This document shows positions 1 through 7,837 of a DNA stretch of 16,008 bases, piece after piece (the stretch's first letter is position 1; each line of letters starts with the position of its first letter). The notes under the pieces were generated by a model. That model was not told where the DNA came from. It saw nothing but the letters and a program-made list of their open reading frames with translations, and did not search any database. This stretch comes from a virus (lineage: Duplodnaviria > Heunggongvirae > Uroviricota > Caudoviricetes): positions 1-16,008 of IMG/VR virus record IMGVR_UViG_2675903413_000007. The stretch is one strand, 5' to 3'. Both the position numbers and the translations under genes were made by a program.

Positions 1-1236
1 CTACGATAACCGCGCATTCAACATGGCTATCTGTTCGTCGTTCATGTCATCAATCCACATACCGTAAATTTCATACACCATCTGCGCAGTTTCATGCCCC
101 ATTTGGCTGGCTATAAATGCCGGGTTCGCTCCTGCCGTCAACAGCCAGCAGGCAAAAGTATGCCGCGTATGGTACGGATTACGGCGGCGAATACCAGCAC
201 GTTTTACTGCTGCATTCCACCTTGCCCCCAAACTGCTTACCGAGTAATAAGGTTTTTGTTTTCCGTTACACACCCTGGGCATGAAAACAAAATGCAGTTT
301 TTGCTTTTCGGTTCTGCCGTACTCCCGATGATAAAAGGTGATTTCGCTTTTGCGATGATGCCCGGTCAGTTTGTATTGCTCCTTCAGTGCTTCAAGAGCA
401 GGCTGCAGTAGTGTTACTGTTCGGATCCCGGCATTTGTTTTTGGGGGACCGAACATATCAAGTATCGTCAGGTTTCTTCTGACATTCACTATTCCCTTTT
501 CGAGATCCACATCCTCCCACGCCAGAGCTGCCAGTTCCCCGTGACGAAGTCCTGAGTAAACGGCAAATTTCCACAAGTTCTGGCTCTGTCCTTTTTCACT
601 TTCCATTAATGCATTGAATTCTGTTTTAGATAACGGATCAGGCTTTATTCTGTTTCGCTGTAATTTTTTTACTCCTTCAAATGGTTTAGTTGATATAAAT
701 CCCGACTGATACGCAAAACGCAACAGCGAACAGAGCAGGGCGATATAGTTATCAACTGTGCGCACGGTTCTTCCTTTTTTGTTGGATCTTGGATTATCCA
801 GGTAAAGCGTTTCTCCATGCAGCAGTTCATTCCGGTAGTTTAAGATATCGCTATAACGAATATGTGATATCGGGGTACTTTCACAAATTATTATTCTGAG
901 TGTTTTTAATTGTGATTTCGTTTTCTTCATTGTGTTTGTTGTTAACTCTGTCTCTTTAATTTTTGTCCAGATATCACAAAGCTCTCCGAACGTTTTTATG
1001 ACTCTCGTTGTCACCATTTTTGCCCCAGTGCTGGACTGGGGAAAACGTCTTAAATACTCAAATTCACCGGAGTTTATTTCATGAACTATCAGCGATCTTA
1101 AATTTCCGGCCTTTTTAATATTACTGTTTGTAATCTCCCAGCCTTTTAATGTTTCCCGACATCGTTTTCCTCGAAACATGAACCAGATGCGAATGTATCT
1201 ACCTCTAATCTCGACACCTGTTGGTAATTTAGACAT
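1..1236 (-). CDS. intR: Phage integrase, tyrosine recombinase (Rac prophage IntR-like), 411 aa
   Basis: Complete 411-aa ORF with ATG at 1236-1234 and stop at 3-1. Translation matches the Rac integrase as I recall it; the C-terminal region carries the tyrosine-recombinase R...HxxR...Y pattern. Position next to the xis gene is typical. Confidence 0.93.
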   Translation of the reverse strand: MSKLPTGVEIRGRYIRIWFMFRGKRCRETLKGWEITNSNIKKAGNLRSLIVHEINSGEFEYLRRFPQSSTGAKMVTTRVIKTFGELCDIWTKIKETELTTNTMKKTKSQLKTLRIIICESTPISHIRYSDILNYRNELLHGETLYLDNPRSNKKGRTVRTVDNYIALLCSLLRFAYQSGFISTKPFEGVKKLQRNRIKPDPLSKTEFNALMESEKGQSQNLWKFAVYSGLRHGELAALAWEDVDLEKGIVNVRRNLTILDMFGPPKTNAGIRTVTLLQPALEALKEQYKLTGHHRKSEITFYHREYGRTEKQKLHFVFMPRVCNGKQKPYYSVSSLGARWNAAVKRAGIRRRNPYHTRHTFACWLLTAGANPAFIASQMGHETAQMVYEIYGMWIDDMNDEQIAMLNARLS

Positions 1237-1237
1237 A

Positions 1238-1453
1238 TCATGAGTCTTTGATAAACTGATTTATCTTTGGATAGTTGTACCAGATAATCCCTCGTTTGCT
1301 GTCTGGCTTACCTAAAGGAGATACTCGTTTGAAGTGGAAGCCCTCCACCCAACAGTTCTGGCGGTATGCTTCAATTTGTCTGGCCCCCAGACCAGTGCGA
1401 AGCATCAGGCCGTATTCAACCATCCACTCTTCATTAAAGATTACTTGTGCCAT
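1238..1453 (-). CDS. xisR: Excisionase / DNA-binding protein (Rac XisR/YdaQ-like), 71 aa
   Basis: Small ORF immediately upstream of int on the same strand. ATG at 1453 is preceded by AGGTGA 5-6 nt upstream; the track start at 1477 is a TTG. Translation [35 protein letters not shown]... matches Rac YdaQ from memory. Confidence 0.82.
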   Translation of the reverse strand: MAQVIFNEEWMVEYGLMLRTGLGARQIEAYRQNCWVEGFHFKRVSPLGKPDSKRGIIWYNYPKINQFIKDS

Positions 1454-1531
1454 CGCATCACCTCTGGCAGGCGCCAATGTTAGACTGAAATTGACGCCCG
1501 ATGTTGATTATTAATAATCAGCTATGAAGTT

Positions 1532-1741
1532 TTAATTTGAATACAATGCAATTCTCGAGGACTGAAGTTTCTCGCAATTAAAATTTATCAGTTTTACTTT
1601 CTGCTCTCTGGAAACGCCTGCTTCTTTTTTACCTGAGAGCATTTTTTCGCATTCTGATTTCGTTAGTTTAGATTTTGAATATCTTGTCCAGTTAGTAGGA
1701 GTGCCACCTTCCTTTTCAATAGTGGCGGTAATTTTATACAT
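1532..1741 (-). CDS. ydaC: Rac prophage small protein YdaC-like (DUF1187), 69 aa
   Basis: ORF MYKITATIEKEGGTPTNWTRYSKSKLTKSECEKMLSGKK... in the conserved Rac order between xisR and ralR. Start taken at the internal ATG (1741) that overlaps the ralR stop by 8 nt; the track ORF extends to 1813. Confidence 0.65.
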   Translation of the reverse strand: MYKITATIEKEGGTPTNWTRYSKSKLTKSECEKMLSGKKEAGVSREQKVKLINFNCEKLQSSRIALYSN

Positions 1742-1928
1742 GAACACCTCCATTATTATTTCCAGTGGTTCGTTTATTCCATCTTTCGAGTGCTTCTTTT
1801 TCACTTCCACCATAACCGGTTCGGGATTCGCATCCGTTACACTTCGCTCGGTAATATCCTGAAATGGCTTTCACCGTTACTGATGGACAACCACAAAATG
1901 GACATGGTTTAACATTGTCATATCTCAT
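1734..1928 (-). CDS. ralR: Restriction alleviation protein Lar/RalR, 64 aa
   Basis: Translation MRYDNVKPCPFCGCPSVTVKAISGYYRAKCNGCESRTGYGGSEKEALERWNKRTTGNNNGGVHV matches Rac RalR from memory, including the CxxC...CxxC pattern. Start taken at the third Met of the track ORF. Confidence 0.88.
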   Translation of the reverse strand: MRYDNVKPCPFCGCPSVTVKAISGYYRAKCNGCESRTGYGGSEKEALERWNKRTTGNNNGGVHV

Positions 1929-1984
1929 AATTTTTCTCATAAAAAATATTTCAAGTTGGCGGTGCATTACACCGCCAGGCTGAA

Positions 1985-2794
1985 TTATTCCTCTGAATTA
2001 TCGATTACACTGTATTCCCCGGTTAATACAGAGGAATCTGCAGGATCGATTGTCAGTGGTTCCTTTTCATCCATTGATACTGCACGCTGGATCTCAATTG
2101 ATACGGGCAGATATTTGAACAGGCGACGAATAGCCGTTTTCTTTGCCATTTCTTCCCAGTGAGTTACCCACGGCCCGTTATTACCAGCTTTACTCAGGCT
2201 GCGCACCAGCTCAATCTGTTTGCGCGTCATAACTTCAAACTGAGTACCTCCGTCTTTCAGTCTTGCGACAGCATAGACGTGGGTAACCGGGGCATCTTCG
2301 TTTTCTCCCGGGCGGTGTATTAACTTTTCATCAAGGCCAAATTCGAAGCTAAACTCGTCACCTTCACGGACAACACGGGCTGACAGGCTGGCGATTTGAC
2401 CAGAACGGCGAGCCAGATCAATCATGCCGCGATAGCCAATGATTAGCTGAACGTTCTTTTTACCGCTCTTTTCGTTTTTATTACCAAAAGGCAGTAAATA
2501 TGCATGACCGAGGGCGCTACCTGGCTCAAGTCCGAGCTGTGAACACTGTACGATCGCACTGACAAAACTCATAGTGTCACAGTTTCCTAACGCCGGAACT
2601 TTACGAATTTCTGTGGTGGCGATACGGATCATACGTTCAGCCGTCATATGGCGTGGAAGAGCTGCTGCCAGTTGCTCTTTCATTGATGGCTGGTTAATAA
2701 AACTAATCACGTCGCTATTTTTAACTGCTGCTGGTGCACGGTTTCCCTGAGTTTTTTGCAGATCGGCTTTTGCGATTGGTGGTTGCTTAGTCAT
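1985..2794 (-). CDS. recT: Recombinase RecT (single-strand annealing protein), 269 aa
   Basis: Translation from [21 protein letters not shown]... to ...[10 protein letters not shown] matches E. coli Rac RecT over its full length as recalled. Start at 2794 overlaps the upstream recE stop, as in K-12. Confidence 0.95.
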   Translation of the reverse strand: MTKQPPIAKADLQKTQGNRAPAAVKNSDVISFINQPSMKEQLAAALPRHMTAERMIRIATTEIRKVPALGNCDTMSFVSAIVQCSQLGLEPGSALGHAYLLPFGNKNEKSGKKNVQLIIGYRGMIDLARRSGQIASLSARVVREGDEFSFEFGLDEKLIHRPGENEDAPVTHVYAVARLKDGGTQFEVMTRKQIELVRSLSKAGNNGPWVTHWEEMAKKTAIRRLFKYLPVSIEIQRAVSMDEKEPLTIDPADSSVLTGEYSVIDNSEE

Positions 2795-3479
2795 TTGCAT
2801 ATTCCTTAGCCCAGCGGGGCAGTGATAATGTCTTAATAGCTGGCCATTCATCGGTATTCAGGCAGTCAGACAGGGTTCGCAGATTGCGGTGATATTCCTG
2901 TTGACCTGCCAGTTTTGCTTCTTCGCCCATCATGAAAATTTCAACCGGATAACGTCCGCATTCAATAGTTGTGCTGGCAACCAGAAAAACGAAAGTTGGC
3001 TGCACTCCAAACTGTGCTTCATAACCGTCACTGTAGAATGCATCCTGAACGTGATAGCGGTAGTCGTAATAAGCGGTTTTGAATCGTTGAATATCCGCCG
3101 TAGTTTTCACGTCCATGATCCAGTGAAATTCAGGGATAATTTTGTCCGGACGGCACCGACACAAAATTCCTGTTTCAGGATCTTCCCAGTAAATTGATGA
3201 TTCAGCGTGTCCGGCGCTTTCAACAAGCCATTGCCCCAGCGGCAAAGCCATAACGCTTTGATACATGAGTTCAATTTTCCGGCCTTCTTCCGCAGTGATA
3301 ACCGTTTTTCCTGTGCTTGCGCATTCCATCAGAAACGCTTTCTCTTCTTCTTTTCCGGCGTTTGTACGGCGGTTAAATTCAGGTGCTACGATAAAGCGGT
3401 TACTGAATTCTTCCGGTTCAAGTACGGGAAGATGCTCCAGAGTGGCTTCGCTCTTTATTTTTTGTAACTGTCCTCGATA
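2787..3479 (-). pseudogene. recE: 5'-truncated recE (exonuclease VIII) remnant: C-terminal ~230 codons only, no start codon
   Basis: The minus-strand frame is open from the stop at 3512-3510 down to 2787 and translates to ...[54 protein letters not shown]...[15 protein letters not shown], which matches the RecE C-terminal nuclease domain. Full RecE is ~866 aa. The homology and GC-rich composition stop near 3480, where the AT-rich island begins. The only in-frame Met is at 3329. Confidence 0.85.
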
Positions 3480-3484
3480 ATTTT

Positions 3485-4264
3485 TTGTACATTGATGGTG
3501 ATAGCCGCATTACGAATGATGAGAACAAGCCGTTGGGTATTAAGGCTTTGATCGAGCGACTTTGCGCAGAGAATGGTCAAGAAACAGATCATGAGGATTT
3601 CGATTCATGGTACTGCTATGATGCTTTGAAAGCGCGTTTGCAACATATGCGTTGGTTTCAATTTTATGATGCTGTTGAGATTATCGGAGATCTATTAAGA
3701 AAAAGAGATGTAGAAAGAGGCCATACTTGGGGTAAGAAGGCATTAGAAGACATTACTTTTACATCATATCGTCAGAAATTGAACGAGTTATTCGCATCTC
3801 GAAATATTGACTGGAAAATGAATTCTGCTGGTAGGTTAGAAACACCACTACCAAATGAATTAGAACAAAAAATCGATGAAACTAACAACTTATTGCAAGA
3901 CCAGTTTGAACCTGCAAGGAGGCACTATGTGAAAGCCCGGGCTTTTGCATTAGGTGCGCATAAGGATCCAGAAAATTCCATAAAAGAATCAATAAGTGCA
4001 ATAGAAAGCATGTGTCGGACTTATTATCCTTCAGCCTCAACCTTGGGCGATGTATTAAAACTGATGAGAAAAGAAAACACTATCTCACCTATGCTTTTAA
4101 CGGTGATAGAGAAATTTTACGCTTATACAAATGCAGAGCCAGCAGTAAGACATGGTAGCAACAAGGTTTCTTCTGTCTTGGAATACGATGCTGAATTCGT
4201 GTTGCATATATCAGCAGCATTTATTAGAACAATAATACAAAGAAAAGCTGTTTTGGATAACTAA
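3485..4264 (+). CDS. Hypothetical protein, 259 aa as drawn; start uncertain (TTG, no RBS); possible Abi/HEPN-like C-terminal module
   Basis: Long AT-rich ORF beginning exactly at the recE junction. The first codon is TTG with no Shine-Dalgarno, and the frame is open upstream to 3407 inside the recE remnant, so the native N-terminus may be lost. Predicted helical protein; the C-terminal segment ...[31 protein letters not shown]... loosely resembles abortive-infection C-terminal (HEPN-type) modules. The similarity is weak and unverified. Confidence 0.5.
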   Translation: MYIDGDSRITNDENKPLGIKALIERLCAENGQETDHEDFDSWYCYDALKARLQHMRWFQFYDAVEIIGDLLRKRDVERGHTWGKKALEDITFTSYRQKLNELFASRNIDWKMNSAGRLETPLPNELEQKIDETNNLLQDQFEPARRHYVKARAFALGAHKDPENSIKESISAIESMCRTYYPSASTLGDVLKLMRKENTISPMLLTVIEKFYAYTNAEPAVRHGSNKVSSVLEYDAEFVLHISAAFIRTIIQRKAVLDN

Positions 4265-4350
4265 GTCAGACTTACAGCCAACTGACTGTCTCTTATTATT
4301 CAAAACATAATAATGTTAGGTCCGCTTATCGCACATCAGGGACAACCATA

Positions 4351-4381
4351 CTCAAATCTCCCACATTGCAGGAGATTTGAG
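4351..4381. repeat. Perfect 11-bp inverted repeat (ctcaaatctcc / ggagatttgag) with 9-nt spacer between convergent island genes
   Basis: Read directly from the sequence. No flanking T- or A-tract, so it is not a canonical intrinsic terminator; it could be an attenuator or a protein-binding palindrome. Confidence 0.4.
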
Positions 4382-4504
4382 TGTGAACACGTCACCGTGG
4401 AACAAAGACTGTATCATCGGTCAAAAAAGACCTGGTTATCTAGCAAAAACTTTTAACATACCAACAAACTTAATTTATTTAAATGCTATTAATACAACTA
4501 ATGT

Positions 4505-5731
4505 TTAAAATATATATTTTATATCAACCCAATTTTTAGCATTATTGTCAACTAAAGTAACGCTATGTCCATGACTTGAATTTATAGCATCGATTACTGA
4601 TTGTGATGGGTGTCCATGTGAATGACCATCCGACTGAGCTATAAACAAAACATTATCAAAATCCGCAATTATTTTTTGATTGAAATTTAATTCCGAACCA
4701 TGATGAGGTAATGTCATCACCCTTACCGTTTTAATCACTTTTGAATAGAATTCAGCCCATTTATTATAATACAATGATGTATTAAGCTTTGAGTCACCTG
4801 TTAATAAAACAGATCTAATTCCTTTATCTCTATCAAAGAGAAAATGTCGCTCAACCCGACTATTTCTAAAACTAAACCACTCACGAGAAGGCTCATTAAC
4901 AATTTTCATCTCAGCTTCTTGATTATTAATAATCAAGAGATTGATTGATATTACATTATGATCGCCAGCAAGTTTTAAATAACACTCGCGTAATTTCTTT
5001 CTTTCCCCCGTGCTAGTTAATATTTTAAGCATTTTTTTCTTACTTAACTCAGTAAAACCATTTTCTATTAACTGCTGACTGAAAATTTCAATTTTCTTAC
5101 GTGAACGGGGCGGTATCCAAGAAATAAATGACATTAGTGTATCAGTTTTGTTTTCCCCAATCCTTTTAACCAACCAACGGTTACATTCAACATCTCCTTT
5201 GGAGTCAGATATTTTCATTGGTAAGCTTACAGCGCTACCCTTAATGTTTTCACTATTAAATATAGGAGGGTCAAAATTATCATCAATATCACTGGGGTAA
5301 AGCAAAGATATATCTGCCTCAGGCAACCTTGATTTTATCCATTTGACAGGATCAATGAGAAATTCCATAAAAAGACCTGACGTAGAATTAGAGCATAGCT
5401 CCGATGCAATTAAGTAATAGCTATCATGGATATCTAGGTATGGTAATACAACCTTGCGTATTTTGTTATCTACAAGCTGACATAAATGGTCAAATCCATT
5501 TATATGGTCTGAATCCAAATGAGAGATGTATACCACATCAATATATTTCTCATCAATATTAAAGAGAGATTTAGCCACATCCATCTCCCTACGCAACGCA
5601 TTTAATTGGTCACTTCCGCAGTCATACACATAACTGTAAAGCAAACTACCATCCCTTCCCCTCAGTCCGCCTAAACTAAATCCACCCTGGCCAACGGGAA
5701 ACAATCTTTTATGAAATACTTCTCCGCTCAT
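4505..5731 (-). CDS. Standalone ComEC/Rec2-type metallo-beta-lactamase-fold hydrolase (predicted nuclease), 408 aa
   Basis: ATG at 5731 is preceded by AAGAAGGA about 7 nt upstream. Ordered MBL motifs are visible: FPVGQGGFSL near the N-terminus, YDCGSD, ISHLDSDHINGF (HxDxDH variant, as in ComEC ISHADQDH), LPHHGSELN (ComEC HHGS motif) and SDGHSHGHPS (C-terminal GHP). A ~250-aa insertion lies between motif 2 and the HHGS motif. There are no transmembrane competence-channel segments. Very AT-rich. Confidence 0.75.
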   Translation of the reverse strand: MSGEVFHKRLFPVGQGGFSLGGLRGRDGSLLYSYVYDCGSDQLNALRREMDVAKSLFNIDEKYIDVVYISHLDSDHINGFDHLCQLVDNKIRKVVLPYLDIHDSYYLIASELCSNSTSGLFMEFLIDPVKWIKSRLPEADISLLYPSDIDDNFDPPIFNSENIKGSAVSLPMKISDSKGDVECNRWLVKRIGENKTDTLMSFISWIPPRSRKKIEIFSQQLIENGFTELSKKKMLKILTSTGERKKLRECYLKLAGDHNVISINLLIINNQEAEMKIVNEPSREWFSFRNSRVERHFLFDRDKGIRSVLLTGDSKLNTSLYYNKWAEFYSKVIKTVRVMTLPHHGSELNFNQKIIADFDNVLFIAQSDGHSHGHPSQSVIDAINSSHGHSVTLVDNNAKNWVDIKYIF

Positions 5732-6445
5732 ATATCCTTCTTACACCCTAACGTGATCATAAAATTGTCTTAAAGTTAAGTTTAAAGCTAAAAAGTCACA
5801 GCTCATTCCAACTCGTGAGCAATAGGAATGTATATTCAATCAGTTAGAGGATCAACCCGATTTTCTCTAATGAGATTTCGCAACGCAGTACGAACAGCAG
5901 CTACTTCTGCCATCTCATTAACAACCACACTGGACTACAATCCCCTAAGTTCTACAGACTGTAACCATATCCTCTTCACAGAAATAATCTGATTAATGCT
6001 GAAGGTCATCTTTCTCGACGCGAATGTATGACATAACAACCTCAGTTAATTATCTTTCGATAGAAAAATACCTTCACAAAAGGTTTAAGCAACCCATCAC
6101 AAGACAACACGCTAAGCTTGCCTTGTAAGCGTCCTGCTTAACCGAACAGTTCGCTTTCAGAGGATCTCCGGAGAACAGCTCCGATGCCTTATAAGGCCAA
6201 TGCTCGCTCCTCGCTCACTGCGGACCTAAGGTTTGGTCAGCTTGTTCGCACTCTGCCAAAAGCGGGAGTTACTCCCATTCGGTGTTAATCAATGTAGAGC
6301 AGATCAATCAACGACAAAGAAAATGAGAGGCATATCACTACTCATATGAAAATTATTGTAGTAAAGTGAGCCGTAAGTTCATCATTTATAAATCATATAG
6401 CATATATGTTATATCAATTTTAATTTAAATGGCAGAATAATTACC

Positions 6446-7150
6446 ATGGAAAAAATTAAAGCTCCTTGTCCATATTGTAAAGGTGAAAAAAATTGCCACA
6501 TAATAGGCCATAAAAAAAGAGAATGGAGTGAGGATGATGGGGGCAACTATTTTTGGGCTGAAAGTGAATACAAATTATTAGAGTGTATGGGGTGCGACGG
6601 AATATTTACATATATTAAATCCCGTCACAGTGAAGATTACGACATTGAAAGAGATGAGTCAGGCTATGATTGTATGGTATATAACTATCATATATCAACA
6701 TATCCCACTCAAGAGCAAGAAGAGATTAGACCAACTTGGTTTGGTGAGATATTAAACAAAGATCGTCAGCTGTATGTAATAATGAACGAAATGTACATCG
6801 CATTTCAAAATAAATCATTCATTTTAGCGGCGATTGGACTTAGAACTATTTTTGACAGAACAGTTGAGGTTCTAAATATTCATCCAGGATATACATTAGG
6901 CCAGAAGGTTGACATTCTTAAAGAGGAAGGTTTTATTGGGGAAACAGAAAGGAGCCAACTTAAAATTGTAACCGAAGCTGGCAACTCAGCTGCACACAGG
7001 ACATGGGCACCGAACGAAACTGAATTTAAATCGCTTTTGGTAATTATAGAAAATTTTGTAATGCGAACAATACTAAAAAATGAGGATATATTTAAGATTA
7101 CAGAAAAATTACCTGCGAAATATCCAAGACCTCCCAAAAAGCAAGAATAA
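6446..7150 (+). CDS. Zn-ribbon + DUF4145-like (HEPN-superfamily) protein, 234 aa
   Basis: The N-terminus has CPYC...(35 aa)...CMGC, a CxxC-CxxC zinc ribbon. The C-terminal ~100 aa contain AAIGLRTIFDRTVEVL and the motif TEAGNSAAHRTW, which matches the conserved GNxAAH signature of DUF4145 domains as I recall it. AT-rich; divergent from the MBL gene. Confidence 0.7.
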   Translation: MEKIKAPCPYCKGEKNCHIIGHKKREWSEDDGGNYFWAESEYKLLECMGCDGIFTYIKSRHSEDYDIERDESGYDCMVYNYHISTYPTQEQEEIRPTWFGEILNKDRQLYVIMNEMYIAFQNKSFILAAIGLRTIFDRTVEVLNIHPGYTLGQKVDILKEEGFIGETERSQLKIVTEAGNSAAHRTWAPNETEFKSLLVIIENFVMRTILKNEDIFKITEKLPAKYPRPPKKQE

Positions 7151-7559
7151 TGTACGTAAGTGTAAATAGAGCTAAGAGATTATATATTGACTCTGGTTAT
7201 CTCTATTAGCACATGCTTTTTGTAATGCCTTAACTGATTATTTAAACTCCTGTCAGCTTTTCGCTCAAAGCGGACTAAAGTGTTGGCTTGTGACTGACTT
7301 AGCGCATTTAAGGAAGTGGTGGTGGTGACGGGGTGTTGTGTCCCATTTCCACAGAATAAATCAGAGAAACTATAGCGGCTGTAATGGCAATCTATGGTCT
7401 TGCTATTGCTCTTATGGATCACCTTTCTGATTGATTTCATATTGGCGAGGTAACGGGAGTTAAGTAGAATAGCTGCGGGTGCTTGAGGCTGTCTGCCTCG
7501 GGCATGAACACCAAAGGCAGATAGAGAAAAGCCCCAGTTAACATTACGCGTCCGGCAAG

Positions 7560-7640
7560 ACGCTTAACATTAATCTGAGGCCACATCTATGCTTTGCATA
7601 CGTAGATTAGCCTCTTACCGACCAAAAGGTCAAGGAGAAG
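7560..7640 (-). ncRNA. sok: Expected Sok-type antisense RNA opposite the mok/hok leader (position approximate)
   Basis: Inferred from hok-family locus architecture only; no promoter or terminator for it was pinned down in the sequence. Confidence 0.25.
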
Positions 7641-7837
7641 CAGGCTATGAAGCAGCAAAAGGCGATGTTAATCACCCTGATCGTCATCTGTTTAACCGTT
7701 ATAGTGACGGTACTGGTAACGAGGAAAGACCTCTGCGAGGTACGAATCCGAACCGACCAGACGGAGGTCGCTGTCTTCACAGCTTACGAACTTGGGGAGT
7801 AAGAGGACCAGCGGGGAGAAATCCCCGCAACCTCTGA
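7589..7837 (+). CDS. mok: Mok-type overlapping reading frame (modulator of killing) of the hok locus
   Basis: An 82-codon ORF in a different frame that starts upstream of hok and fully overlaps it, which is the canonical mok arrangement. Confidence 0.5.
   Translation: MLCIRRLASYRPKGQGEAGYEAAKGDVNHPDRHLFNRYSDGTGNEERPLRGTNPNRPDGGRCLHSLRTWGVRGPAGRNPRNL
7647..7802 (+). CDS. hokD: Hok-family type I toxin (HokD/RelF-like membrane peptide), 51 aa
   Basis: ATG at 7647 with AAGGAGA about 10 nt upstream. Translation MKQQKAMLITLIVICLTVIVTVLVTRKDLCEVRIRTDQTEVAVFTAYELGE is near-identical to E. coli HokD/RelF and Gef/HokC as recalled. It has a single transmembrane helix and the conserved Cys. Confidence 0.9.
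   Translation: MKQQKAMLITLIVICLTVIVTVLVTRKDLCEVRIRTDQTEVAVFTAYELGE

Noticed and set aside
94-411. 105-codon plus-strand ORF inside intR; similar antisense or overlapping ORFs at 1275-1514, 1956-2162, 2889-3197, 3207-3480, 6880-7137, 8360-8554, 8576-8847, 8908-9123, 9100-9333, 9292-9513, 11361-11576, 12249-12434, 13865-14080, 14916-15284, 15320-15526 and 15772-16008
   Set aside because: Each lies opposite or out of frame within a gene supported by strong sequence identity; typical spurious ORFs from six-frame translation.
4286-4296. 11-nt match to the Tn5/IS50 mosaic-end core (ctgtctcttat) just downstream of the first island ORF
   Set aside because: No inverted partner copy elsewhere in the window, no transposase ORF, and the match breaks off after 11 nt; most likely chance.
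7180-7440. 86-codon minus-strand ORF between the Zn-ribbon/DUF4145 gene and the hok locus
   Set aside because: No Shine-Dalgarno, no recognisable motif, and it lies in the expected hok upstream regulatory region; kept only as a possibility.
7330-7440. 16-codon hydrophobic mini-ORF (MAIYGLAIALMDHLSD) upstream of hok on the plus strand
   Set aside because: Too short and without RBS support to call; it could be part of the hok leader rather than a separate small toxin.
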